Virus record (IMG/VR): IMGVR_UViG_3300018004_000004
Location: 124,001-188,000 of that record
Reading direction: 5' to 3' (one strand)
Length of the DNA stretch: 64,000 bases
The position numbers and the translations under genes are program-made. Numbering within the stretch: position 1 is the stretch's first letter; each line of letters opens with the position of its first letter. Shown in pieces: positions 29,236 to 38,358 of this stretch. Under the pieces are notes generated by a model, which ran no database searches, had not been told where the DNA came from, and saw only the letters and a program-made list of their open reading frames with translations.

Positions 29236-30195
29236 TTATCCTGTTACGACGACACCTATCGCAATCGTATTTGTGTGCGGGTTAGTCACGTTGGAAACTG
29301 TGGCAAACAGATTCATACCCTGAAGATCGATACCTTCATTATTGCCAATGAAGAGACCACCAACATTAGAATAGTTAAGAGCACCTGTTCCAGGCACTCC
29401 ACTAACCCAAGAACCTACCGTCACGTTGCCGGCAGTTGTCACAGCCGAGATCACCAAGTCGATTGAAGAAGCAGTATCCAAACCATAGACCAGGACTTGG
29501 ACTCCGCGCGCGCGGACAACAACCCCGCCAACCACGCTAGTACCAGCACCTGTGCCAGAGTAGAGTTCTATAGCGCTGACCGAGTGACGACCAGTATCCA
29601 GATCTGCGATAGTCATATTGGGTGGGATACCTTGACCGTAGTTGACTTCTCCGGTGCCAGATACCGACATACGAGACAGACTACCTGTGTCTCCATAGAC
29701 AGGAGCAGCTGTTGCGTAGTTGTAACCTTCCTCAAGTACACCACCACCAACCCCAATCGTTACCGGAACGGCATACGAAAGGTTGACTGGCTGGCCCGAT
29801 GAGTTATCAATAGGATTGCTCTGGAGCAGCGCCTTATTGCCACTGAACAGAGTAAGGATAGCCGAACGAATGTCCCCAAAGCTGGCACCTCTGCGAAGAG
29901 GAGCATAGGTAACATCGAACTGCTGGCTGGCGCCATTAGCTATCGTGACTGGGTAGGAACCACTGTGGACTGCGACTCTGAAATCGCTGTTGGTATAGAT
30001 ACCGGCCGGCTGCGTAACAGCGTCACCATCTGTGCTTGTGCTGAATCCATAGTTCGTTACAGTGACAGACACACCACTGTTATTGGTGAGCACAAAGCTG
30101 AGAGTTTGTGGTGTTGCGTACAGCCCAGGCACCGGACCCTGAACATTCACCTTAGTAAAAGTCAGAGCTGCGGGAGATACTGTGAAGTTAGCCAT
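29236..30195 (-). CDS. Ig-like (choice-of-anchor D/ASH-like) virion protein
   Basis: VSPAALTF...TLSFVLTN.SG..VTVT...DFRV...PVTIANGASQQFDVTYAP. Confidence 0.6.
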   Translation of the reverse strand: MANFTVSPAALTFTKVNVQGPVPGLYATPQTLSFVLTNNSGVSVTVTNYGFSTSTDGDAVTQPAGIYTNSDFRVAVHSGSYPVTIANGASQQFDVTYAPLRRGASFGDIRSAILTLFSGNKALLQSNPIDNSSGQPVNLSYAVPVTIGVGGGVLEEGYNYATAAPVYGDTGSLSRMSVSGTGEVNYGQGIPPNMTIADLDTGRHSVSAIELYSGTGAGTSVVGGVVVRARGVQVLVYGLDTASSIDLVISAVTTAGNVTVGSWVSGVPGTGALNYSNVGGLFIGNNEGIDLQGMNLFATVSNVTNPHTNTIAIGVVVTG

Positions 30196-30197
30196 TG

Positions 30198-30803
30198 TTA
30201 CCTCATGAAAAGAGCTTCATTGCCCAGCCAGCGTCTTGAATAAGACATAGCCGAGCTCATGTCACTGACGGCTCTCATACGCAGAGCCTGTGCGGTTTCC
30301 GTGTCCTGATAATCGCCACCCATTTCAATGTGGCGGAGTTTGTAGCCAAACTGACCTAAGAGCTTAGCGCCCTTAGCAGCAAGTAGCCCTACACGATAAG
30401 AAGCAACTGCTGCTATGAAAGGAACTGTCAAAGGTGCTGCAGGTGCAAGCGCTGCTGGGAGCATGAATCTAGTTGCTGCTCCGATTATAGCTGATGCCGC
30501 TGGGTAGGATGCTATTCCCACTGAGTTACCCACGAACGTAGGAAGAACTTCCCCACGCTGAGTATGGAAGGAAGAGAATGCTATCTGAGGAACACCACCA
30601 TAAAATCCTGGCCGATCAGAGTGCATCGGTTTCCAGTTATTCTGGAATGGCTTATGTGTTTGCTGGCGCTGAAACTGGACATAAGATTCCTCAGGTCCGT
30701 AGTTTGAGAGATCTTCATCACTCACACCATGTGGGACGTTGGGATTAAAACGACGCGCGACGACGCGAAGAGCATCGTCAGCAAACATAAGTACATTTGG
30801 CAT
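30198..30803 (-). CDS. Putative internal virion (ejection) protein
   Basis: Hydrophobic Ala-rich core; C-terminal TAQALRMRAV...RRWLGNEALFMR. Confidence 0.45.
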   Translation of the reverse strand: MPNVLMFADDALRVVARRFNPNVPHGVSDEDLSNYGPEESYVQFQRQQTHKPFQNNWKPMHSDRPGFYGGVPQIAFSSFHTQRGEVLPTFVGNSVGIASYPAASAIIGAATRFMLPAALAPAAPLTVPFIAAVASYRVGLLAAKGAKLLGQFGYKLRHIEMGGDYQDTETAQALRMRAVSDMSSAMSYSRRWLGNEALFMR

Positions 30804-31546
30804 TAGCCGTGTCTCCGGCCATTCAAACCAAGAACGATCTCACCAGAAGCGTTCATCGCAGTCATGCGATCGGCCATGTCTCCGGAGAGCGGTTCATAAT
30901 CCATCGTGCCGCCAATACCAGGAACCGCAGAAGCAGTAGCTTCTGGCTTACCGTGTCCAAAAGCAACTTGTGCTGCCAATGGAATAGCCGCGGCCGTCAG
31001 ATACAAACCCATACGTCCACCAGGGATCTGACTCAGCTTTTCAAACCCACCATAAGCTTTGATAGCGGCCGGGGTCAGCAAACCCAACCCAGCTCCCACA
31101 GTCATCCCTTGAGCTTTATGCCCTTCAGGAGCTACCATGTACCCAAGACCAGCTCCTGCGGTCATCGTAATGAAAGGAGACTTAGCAAAAGGTGCTGCTA
31201 GGGTCTTTGCTTTGGTGAAGAAGCCCATCTCGGGTGTAATAGTTGCTTTTGCTGCAGCCAGACGAGCGGAGAAAGCACCAGCTCGATTACCAACGACTCT
31301 TTGACCAACGGATCCTGCTAGCTCTGCTCCTCGACCTGCCAATCTTGTTAGGCTGCCGGCTGCCAAGCCAGTACCGGCACCCATCACCACACCCTCAGTG
31401 ATGCGATCCATCAAATCGCGGTTAGGATCGCCATAAACAGCCTCTCCCACACCACCAGCCGCGGCTCCAGCCAGTAATCTCCATCTCCATGGAACCTTAC
31501 CGACGAGCTTTGCTGTGGACTCGAAGATGCTGTAGATGCCTGGCAT
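30803..31546 (-). CDS. Gly/Ala-rich amphipathic protein, putative ejection protein
   Basis: Several glycine-zipper-like helices (GAGTGLAAG, GAGLGY, GAGLGLL). Confidence 0.45.
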   Translation of the reverse strand: MPGIYSIFESTAKLVGKVPWRWRLLAGAAAGGVGEAVYGDPNRDLMDRITEGVVMGAGTGLAAGSLTRLAGRGAELAGSVGQRVVGNRAGAFSARLAAAKATITPEMGFFTKAKTLAAPFAKSPFITMTAGAGLGYMVAPEGHKAQGMTVGAGLGLLTPAAIKAYGGFEKLSQIPGGRMGLYLTAAAIPLAAQVAFGHGKPEATASAVPGIGGTMDYEPLSGDMADRMTAMNASGEIVLGLNGRRHG

Positions 31547-31548
31547 TA

Positions 31549-31881
31549 TTACTTCGCGAGTAACCTAGCAGCTTTCTGCATCATACCTGCAAGGCCTGCT
31601 TCACCTTTATTACGCAAAATGTTACCGATCATATTACGGTGACGCCAGTAGCCAGGAACTTTATCAGCCATGCGGCCAATCCCTTGGAAACCACCCATAG
31701 CGCCGAAGCCACGATATGCCCCATAACCTGCTGCACCGACTGCAGCTCCACGAAGAGCTCCACGGGTACGGTTGTCACGGTTAGTCAAGGCACCAGTCAC
31801 ACCACCAGCTACTACGCTAGGACCCAGCCCGCGGATGAGTTGGAAAGGATAAGAAGACGCCATTTTAGAAAAGACGGGCAT
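31549..31881 (-). CDS. Gly/Ala-rich small protein, putative ejection protein
   Basis: GALRGAAVGAAGYGAY glycine zipper. Confidence 0.45.
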   Translation of the reverse strand: MPVFSKMASSYPFQLIRGLGPSVVAGGVTGALTNRDNRTRGALRGAAVGAAGYGAYRGFGAMGGFQGIGRMADKVPGYWRHRNMIGNILRNKGEAGLAGMMQKAARLLAK

Positions 31882-31893
31882 AGAGACACCTCT

Positions 31894-32256
31894 TTACCAC
31901 TTGAAATACGCTATGATATTACTTCTATTGCTTTCAGCCCAACCTGCCATGACATTACAGTAAGTATGCAAGAGCTTCCTAACTTCTCCAGTTTCATGGT
32001 CATGATCAACACAGCACTTAGATATAGCTTTTGGAAGTGGTTGGTGACAAAAGCCACATAACCCATGCTGTTCTTTATACATACACTCTTTGTCTTCGAG
32101 CGTAATACCGTATCTCTGCTTCAATAAAGAACTAGCATGCACACGTTGACCCTTTTCAGTCTGACGGTACGCTCGCTTTGCCTTTCTCGCAGCTTCCCTA
32201 CCTTTATCAGACGAAAGGTATCGTTCTTGGGCTTGTTTTGCAGCCTCACTTTTCAT
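31894..32256 (-). CDS. Endonuclease VII-type homing endonuclease
   Basis: RYGIT......EQ.GLC..C....VDHDHETGEVR.LL...CN. Confidence 0.85.
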   Translation of the reverse strand: MKSEAAKQAQERYLSSDKGREAARKAKRAYRQTEKGQRVHASSLLKQRYGITLEDKECMYKEQHGLCGFCHQPLPKAISKCCVDHDHETGEVRKLLHTYCNVMAGWAESNRSNIIAYFKW

Positions 32257-32276
32257 AGCATACCTGGAGCTCAGAT

Positions 32277-32288
32277 CTGATTAGTATA
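32277..32288 (-). promoter_or_regulatory. Conserved 12-mer TATACTAATCAG, copy 3
   Basis: Exact match, intergenic, 20 nt upstream of ATG 32256. Confidence 0.6.
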
Positions 32289-32295
32289 GACAGAC

Positions 32296-32904
32296 TTACA
32301 GTGATCTAGGCGTGCGATTGCCACCATAAAGACTACGGTTTGACATGCTGGTAGCGGACTTTCCTTCGCCCGCCTTCATGACTGCTTTATTGGCTCCCAC
32401 TGCGGTCGCAAGATCACGACTAGCCTTAAGCGTGCTAACTTCTGTCGCTTCAGTCACCGGCATCATAAATGCTGCTTTCATTCCACCGCGGCCGGCAAAC
32501 CTAGGACCTAGTGCTGCATAAGGTACCTCAGTCTTGACAGCTCGACCTTGTTCCACAAGACGGGTCCACGCCTGGACTTCATCATAGGACATTGAACCAA
32601 AGACGTCGGATATCAGATAGTTCTTTCCTCTTTCCTTAGCTACACGTGCCAACTCAGTACGCATCTGGTATCCGGCGCCCTTCGCTTCGCCGGCAATACC
32701 CATAACCGTATAACCCTCACCGAACTCTTTATACTTCAACAGACCTAGCTTCTGCTCACCGCGCATCATGCGGATCTGTTTGAATCCAGCTTCCTCGGTA
32801 TGAATGAAACGTACGGCCTCAACGCCCTCAGACAGAACTTTACCAGCCTCTTTCTCAGCGGCGAATCCTGCGAACTTTCCGATGACTTTGAAGAATGAGC
32901 CCAT
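32296..32904 (-). CDS. Hypothetical protein with GNAT-like pattern
   Basis: KGAGYQMRTELARVAKERGKNYLISD...S.DEVQAWTRL resembles GNAT motif A/B spacing. Confidence 0.4.
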   Translation of the reverse strand: MGSFFKVIGKFAGFAAEKEAGKVLSEGVEAVRFIHTEEAGFKQIRMMRGEQKLGLLKYKEFGEGYTVMGIAGEAKGAGYQMRTELARVAKERGKNYLISDVFGSMSYDEVQAWTRLVEQGRAVKTEVPYAALGPRFAGRGGMKAAFMMPVTEATEVSTLKASRDLATAVGANKAVMKAGEGKSATSMSNRSLYGGNRTPRSL

Positions 32905-32911
32905 ATAGAGA

Positions 32912-32933
32912 AGGGGCGATTCACATCGCCCCT
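32912..32933 (-). terminator. Perfect 9-bp hairpin between genes
   Basis: AGGGGCGAT-GTGA-ATCGCCCCT then TCTCT on the minus strand. Confidence 0.5.
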
Positions 32934-32972
32934 ATGAGGTACAACATTCTGGGATATTCCCAGTGGGGATCC

Positions 32973-33734
32973 TTATTTCTGTACGTCCTCGTAAGGTACA
33001 TCGATGACGTCATGAACCATGGAGGCTGTGTTCGATTGGCGACTGGCGAGATCCTTACCCATCTTTCCTTGGGTCTTCAGCTTGCGGGTCTTCGCGCGCT
33101 CGGTACGTTCCATATCATCCAGGATCATACGGCGAGCCGTACGCAGCTCTTGGATGATCTGCATGTTGGCGTGTACGATCTTTTCGTAGGACAAGGCTTC
33201 GCCGGTCTGCAGATCCACTTCCTTCACGGCCAGGTCTGTCATGGAAGCAGCCTTGCCTTCCGACATGATTGTAAGGCAGCGCTGTTCCTGTAAATCAAGG
33301 ACGACCAACTGAGCAATAGAGGAGCGCTCTGTCTCTGAAAGGGTGGCTTCTTCTCTCTCGAGTTCTTTCATCCAACCCACAAAGCGCTCAACAACGTAGT
33401 TGGCCTCGAACGGGCAGATCTCACCCAGAGGAGCCTTGTGCATCTTCATTAGAGGGCAGGTAGAAGCTACTGGGCAGTGCTCGCCAGCACAACGCATTGG
33501 TGCGGCGCCAGCCGGGCCCAGGACAAGCCGAGCTTCCTGGTAAATCTGTATGCTCTTCTGTTCCTCAGTGGTAAGCTCAAGGTTACCAGTCGGCAGGAGC
33601 TTAGCAAATCGATCCTGTGTAGACTGGATTGGTGGCAGAGGTGCTTGTACCTTCTCGATCGCCGCTTGGCTAAAGATTACTGGCTCAGGAAGAGGTTCTT
33701 GAACTGCTGGAGTTTCTGTCTTCTTCTTAGGCAT
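32973..33734 (-). CDS. Cys-cluster helical protein, possible terminase small subunit
   Basis: CAGEHCP...CPL...PLGEICPFE cluster, then helical region and basic C-terminus; TerS role is inference only. Confidence 0.35.
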   Translation of the reverse strand: MPKKKTETPAVQEPLPEPVIFSQAAIEKVQAPLPPIQSTQDRFAKLLPTGNLELTTEEQKSIQIYQEARLVLGPAGAAPMRCAGEHCPVASTCPLMKMHKAPLGEICPFEANYVVERFVGWMKELEREEATLSETERSSIAQLVVLDLQEQRCLTIMSEGKAASMTDLAVKEVDLQTGEALSYEKIVHANMQIIQELRTARRMILDDMERTERAKTRKLKTQGKMGKDLASRQSNTASMVHDVIDVPYEDVQK

Positions 33735-34375
33735 TAGATTTCTCGTTCTTCACTAGCTTGGATATCTTCGAGTTCCTCTTTGATCTTTGCTTTCTCTTCT
33801 GGAGTGACATCAGGACCCAGTGTTTCCTTGATAGCTTCTTCGAGTTGCTCTTCGGTGATCTTGATCTTCTTAATGATGATTTTCCCACCTGGGATGTCAT
33901 GAGTACCTTCCTCTAAGGATTCGAGATCTGGAACTATCTTGATAGGAGGCCATGGTTGAGGAGCGACAGGCGGTGGGTTGTAAGGAATGAACGGATTGGG
34001 ATAGATACCACCAGAGTTCGGCACAGGGTCACCAATATACGGTTGTCCCCACGTACTGCCGTTACCGTAGCTATTATCATTTGGAATCACCCAGGTATAT
34101 CCATTCATATTGGGCAGAGTGATAGAAATACCAGACTGATTCGGTAGAGCTTCAGTAGTAGTGATAGTTTGGCTTACCTGATACTTAGTAGTATCTCCGC
34201 CGGTTTCAGCTGGCGCCAGGAAGCCAGAAGTAGCCACCATATTTGATGTCTGGAAGTTCTGGGCCTGAGATGTTGGGACTGGTTTCGGATCCCCACAGGC
34301 CATGTAGCAGCTGATACCGGCCGAGTGTGTGATTGTGTTGAGTACTGCTTGCGCATTCGCGCTTAGTGTTGTCAT
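33734..34375 (-). CDS. Hypothetical Pro-rich protein
   Basis: 213 aa, translationally coupled (TAATG). Confidence 0.55.
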   Translation of the reverse strand: MTTLSANAQAVLNTITHSAGISCYMACGDPKPVPTSQAQNFQTSNMVATSGFLAPAETGGDTTKYQVSQTITTTEALPNQSGISITLPNMNGYTWVIPNDNSYGNGSTWGQPYIGDPVPNSGGIYPNPFIPYNPPPVAPQPWPPIKIVPDLESLEEGTHDIPGGKIIIKKIKITEEQLEEAIKETLGPDVTPEEKAKIKEELEDIQASEEREI

Positions 34376-34391
34376 CTTCTTACTCCAAATC

Positions 34392-35099
34392 TTAGGCAGT
34401 TACGTGTTGCAGAGCATCCATGACGGCCGAGTGAATCAGCTGTCGCTCCTCAAGAGTCCAATAGTCCCAATAGACCGAGAAGTTCACCCCAGGACGCAGT
34501 GGGTTATAACGAACGATCACAGGATTAATGATCGTATTCGTGGCAATCGTAATGATCTTGCTAATGTAGGTGACCCACTCCATGAAAGGAACCAGGTTCT
34601 CCACATTGACATTCAAGAAGAAGCGTGTCATACCAGCCTTGCGAAGTTCTTCCTTACGGTGACGATAGTATTGATCAGGTACTAGACCACGGACAAAGGC
34701 CATATCCAACTTAGCATTCTCGACGTAGACATTCTCGCCTGTAGCATAAGGATATAGCTCGGACTGCTCGCCAGTCGGCCGATCGAGAGGATGGCCGGAG
34801 CAATACTCCACAGTCTTGATCCAGGGACGCTTATTGAGTTCCTGAATCATAGTGATACCCGCGGAGTCCAGCGTCGAGTAGTCAATATCTTCAGGCTTGC
34901 CGAACGGGAAGGAGGGATCAACCTTCGATTCTGCCTCAGCCTGCTCCTGTACAGCAGCAGCAAGCCCACCCAGGAACTTCTTCAGTTGTGGCGGGATCTC
35001 TTGTACAACCTCATTAGGGGTAGCGGCGCCTGTTTGTACCTGGATGCCTTCAGCACCCGGTCCAGCGATTTCAGGTCCGGTGATTTCAGGTTCTGGCAT
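34392..35099 (-). CDS. Hypothetical protein with LN..PWI.T...CSGH motif
   Basis: 235 aa, RBS AGGAGA. Confidence 0.6.
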   Translation of the reverse strand: MPEPEITGPEIAGPGAEGIQVQTGAATPNEVVQEIPPQLKKFLGGLAAAVQEQAEAESKVDPSFPFGKPEDIDYSTLDSAGITMIQELNKRPWIKTVEYCSGHPLDRPTGEQSELYPYATGENVYVENAKLDMAFVRGLVPDQYYRHRKEELRKAGMTRFFLNVNVENLVPFMEWVTYISKIITIATNTIINPVIVRYNPLRPGVNFSVYWDYWTLEERQLIHSAVMDALQHVTA

Positions 35100-35154
35100 T
35101 TATATCTCCTATCGATCAAGTCGATCTTATCAGAAAACACTACTGGAGCCAAAG

Positions 35155-35631
35155 TTACGAGAGGTATTTTGAAATGTAAAGACCCACATGGAAGGTTCCC
35201 TTCATCATGCGGGCAGCTGCTACAGCGGATTTGGTGAGGTCAGTACGCGCGGAGGTAATACAGTAGAGGTAGGTTACCATGGCATCCTCAAGGGGATTTC
35301 GGTACTGGGGATCGAACTTGCGGGTAACTAGGTCTAGCATGTGGCCGAGCAAAAATACAGCTATTGCCCGCTCTTTGCAGAGATCTTTCAGCTCCTGGAC
35401 CTTAGGATTCTCATCCAGGTATCTTTTGTACAACGAAATGCCCGACGCGAGGCCAACCTCGACGCTAAACTCAATGGATTCAATATATTTGAGTAGCTCA
35501 CGGAGCACGGGCTGCACCGTCCTTAAGTGGTATTCAATCTCGGCGCCTTCTTGTACGTAAGTAGCAGAGTAACAGGAGATACAACCCAGTAATGACTCCG
35601 CCAATGTACAGCTTTGTCGCGGTATCAACAT
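35155..35631 (-). CDS. Hypothetical helical protein
   Basis: 158-aa ORF. Confidence 0.5.
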   Translation of the reverse strand: MLIPRQSCTLAESLLGCISCYSATYVQEGAEIEYHLRTVQPVLRELLKYIESIEFSVEVGLASGISLYKRYLDENPKVQELKDLCKERAIAVFLLGHMLDLVTRKFDPQYRNPLEDAMVTYLYCITSARTDLTKSAVAAARMMKGTFHVGLYISKYLS

Positions 35632-35736
35632 AAAAGGGGTTCATTTTCTGTGACTTCCAAACCGGGAGGTCAAGCAGTATAGAGTACTCTATGACCTATA
35701 GTATATACCTAAGATCTATTATACTATACATCTCTT

Positions 35737-36054
35737 CTATACCTGCCGATCATCCCACCAGTCACAGACAATCGGAGCGTCATCAAACAACTTGAAGAAC
35801 GAACCATGAGTTCGACACTGCAAGTTGCCGGTACGTCCGGGCCAATCACCCTCCGTATAACTCACATCACACATCAGATGGTTCAAAAGCCAATCATACT
35901 GCTCAGAGTTTATTGGACGGTAGATCTGTCCAGGTACGTTGGGTAGAGCATCTTCCCGATCGTACATATAGACAGCATACACCAACGGCCGCGAGCCAAA
36001 GCCAACACGGACGCAGTAATGCTTGATTCCATACGTGAATCGGAAGACAGCCAT
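35737..36054 (-). CDS. EQ(Y/W)(D/E)WL..H..C family paralog 1
   Basis: 105 aa from ATG 36054 (TAATG overlap); RPINSEQYDWLLNHLMCDVSY...LQCRTH. Confidence 0.65.
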   Translation of the reverse strand: MAVFRFTYGIKHYCVRVGFGSRPLVYAVYMYDREDALPNVPGQIYRPINSEQYDWLLNHLMCDVSYTEGDWPGRTGNLQCRTHGSFFKLFDDAPIVCDWWDDRQV

Positions 36055-36422
36055 TAGGCAGTTAGAGCTAGGAACTTCACCAGAGCACTGGTGCACAAAA
36101 ACTGGATTTGGTTGGTGCCGGCCTGCGTGTACAAAGAGGTCGGAATGATGTTGACAAAGCTGAACACACCAGGACCTACGGAGTATGTAAAATCTGCATA
36201 GCGGCCGAACGAGTCGACGGCCGAGTAGATCACAACATCGTGCGCAGAGGCGTCGGTATTCTGGATGATCAGAACGTCATTCCCCGAGGCGAGGAAAGCA
36301 TTCCCATTAGTTACATCAGCCGCGGTGAAGGCCTTGTCCAAAGCCAAAGGTGCTTCGGTACCCGGAGACTGCAGAGTCAGGGCCGGATTGTTGGGGATGA
36401 GTGTCGGATTTGAAAGTGGCAT
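36054..36422 (-). CDS. Small beta-sandwich protein, possible virion decoration
   Basis: TAADVTNGNAF..SG..VLI..NTDASAHDV...S..D..GR..D..Y.V. Confidence 0.55.
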   Translation of the reverse strand: MPLSNPTLIPNNPALTLQSPGTEAPLALDKAFTAADVTNGNAFLASGNDVLIIQNTDASAHDVVIYSAVDSFGRYADFTYSVGPGVFSFVNIIPTSLYTQAGTNQIQFLCTSALVKFLALTA

Positions 36423-36781
36423 TAGATTTTCCTCTCTTCGTCCATATCAGGCTCGATGTAGACTTCCGGTTCCTGTTGGGTGACGAAGTAGTCTTTACCG
36501 TGCTTTTCCCAGCACTGGTGGTTATTGCAGAAGAAGGTATGGCCGTCGCTTATGTCGGCGCCCACGTAAGAAACCATACAACTGTAGTGTCTCAACAGCC
36601 ATTCATACTGTTCCCTGTTGATCCACTTCCAAAGCTTCCTGGCTTCATACGAATCTTTGTTCATGGCACAGACTTCGTAGACGATCGGATACTGGAACAC
36701 TTCCCCGGGCCAGGTAATAGTCTCGAACCCGAACAGCTCGGCGCCAGCCTGGGTGATCCGAATCTGCTCGTGAGTCACCAT
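36422..36781 (-). CDS. EQ(Y/W)(D/E)WL..H..C family paralog 2
   Basis: KWINREQYEWLLRHYSCMVSY...FFCNNH. Confidence 0.65.
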   Translation of the reverse strand: MVTHEQIRITQAGAELFGFETITWPGEVFQYPIVYEVCAMNKDSYEARKLWKWINREQYEWLLRHYSCMVSYVGADISDGHTFFCNNHQCWEKHGKDYFVTQQEPEVYIEPDMDEERKI

Positions 36782-37407
36782 TAGATCTCTCGTTCCTCCG
36801 CGGCCAGGTGTTCCTGACTAGGCAGGACAACATCCAGCTCGGCGTCGACCTTTGGCTCACTACCAGCCAGAATCCCCTCGGTCTTGGATACCGGCCGGAT
36901 GATCCGGGCGTGATCCTGGCACCCAAGGGTAATAAAGGCAGGGCACTTCTCGTCATACCAGGCCACGATCGAGCAATGAGCATGGTTGGTCAGCCAATCC
37001 CACTGTTCAGGGAGGATACGGTGCTTCTTATGCCCTATGTAGTTCCCTTTGGGGCCATTCTTGTGCTCACTGACCCAGGCCTTGATGTGGGCATGCGCAG
37101 AGAAGGCACTCAGGCCACCTAGGGCCTCCGGAGCGAGGACATAATACTCTTTAAGCCCCAAGGGATCAGTTTCTGCTATAGTCGCTTCCTGGGGCTTTAG
37201 AACGCTAAACTGGCCTACCATCAGCTTGGCCGGAAGGGGCCCAAGGATGCTCTCTACGGCTTCTTTCTGGTCCGCGGCCGTCACAGCCGAAGGCTCAATG
37301 AGCTTGGCGTCACCCTCAAAGATGGTTGCCTGGTTGGTCTTAGGGTCAATGAACACAGTCTTCCCATCTTGGGTGTGGTACACGTTTCCAAAGGTAGGTT
37401 CAGACAT
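36781..37407 (-). CDS. EQ(Y/W)(D/E)WL..H..C family paralog 3 with N-terminal extension
   Basis: HRILPEQWDWLTNHAHCSIVAWY...LGCQDH. Confidence 0.65.
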   Translation of the reverse strand: MSEPTFGNVYHTQDGKTVFIDPKTNQATIFEGDAKLIEPSAVTAADQKEAVESILGPLPAKLMVGQFSVLKPQEATIAETDPLGLKEYYVLAPEALGGLSAFSAHAHIKAWVSEHKNGPKGNYIGHKKHRILPEQWDWLTNHAHCSIVAWYDEKCPAFITLGCQDHARIIRPVSKTEGILAGSEPKVDAELDVVLPSQEHLAAEEREI

Positions 37408-37428
37408 AGTGGGGTTACCTCTAACTCC

Positions 37429-37456
37429 ATTGTACTAGAATCAAGCCCCGGTCCAA
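37429..37456 (-). promoter_or_regulatory. Possible sigma70-type promoter
   Basis: TTGGAC-16 nt-TACAAT upstream of ATG 37407. Confidence 0.3.
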
Positions 37457-37498
37457 AAATGTTTCTTCTTATTTCATGCCTTCCCGGAGCGCATCCAG

Positions 37499-37966
37499 TT
37501 AGACTCTTGGAGTACGGTCGACTAACAAAGCGATATTCTTGTCCACGTTGGTCAGGATTTCGACCATCTTGTCAGTCTTACCATTCAGGTTTTCAATGCT
37601 GATTGCCAGGTGAGCGATGTGATTGCCAGTCAGGGTTTGAAGACTGATGGCATTGGCTTCGCTCTTCTCCTTGGCCTCTCCAGCGATGATCTTGATTTCA
37701 GAGGCTTGCAAAGCGCCTTCTTTGAGAGCGATCGCTACTTGTTCCACGGCCACCTTCTTGCTTTCTTCCACGGCGTCCAGGACCTTGGCCACAGCGTCCA
37801 GTTGGGCCTTCTGGTTGGCTAGATAGTCGTCCACCCAGCCACGGATCTTGTAGGACCAGCGGGCAGCGAAAGCGATGGCTGCGATGATGGAGCCCCAGCC
37901 AAATACAGCCAGCGGTCCTCTAATGCTTTCCCAGATGTTTGGGGTATTAGGAGCATCGAAATACAT
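37499..37966 (-). CDS. N-terminally anchored coiled-coil membrane protein (holin/lysis-accessory-like)
   Basis: TM helix PLAVFGWGSIIAAIAFAA followed by a long heptad region. Confidence 0.55.
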   Translation of the reverse strand: MYFDAPNTPNIWESIRGPLAVFGWGSIIAAIAFAARWSYKIRGWVDDYLANQKAQLDAVAKVLDAVEESKKVAVEQVAIALKEGALQASEIKIIAGEAKEKSEANAISLQTLTGNHIAHLAISIENLNGKTDKMVEILTNVDKNIALLVDRTPRV

Positions 37967-38118
37967 GGGGATTCCTTTGAAATGTAGACGTTGATAGTTC
38001 GGAACGCGCGACTCAAAAATAGAGAGCCCCGGATCAGGGTTTTGTCCGTGAGAGAACTGGTTTCCGAACCAGACCCCTTGGGTCTTTGCGTCGTTGTAAA
38101 TAAGTCCTGCAGTCTCTG

Positions 38119-38130
38119 CTGATTAGTATA
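38119..38130 (-). promoter_or_regulatory. Conserved 12-mer TATACTAATCAG, copy 4 (head of the late arm)
   Basis: Exact match in the divergent intergenic region, about 150 nt upstream of the first minus-strand gene. Confidence 0.6.
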
Positions 38131-38358
38131 GATTAATCCCGATCGGCGAGTAGGTGTTGTGATTGGCCGGCGGTTTTGCCGTATCTGGGAGGCCAACATG
38201 CGAGCTGGAATGGCAAAATGGTGCATGACCAGGTGAAGAGAGTGTGAGACTCTTCTCACATTTTGTTTCGAGCCCACCCCGTTCTATCTGAGATCTGGGT
38301 TATCCCTAGTCCCATATAGATCAGGTAGGTGGGTAACTCTAGAACAAGGAGACTTACA

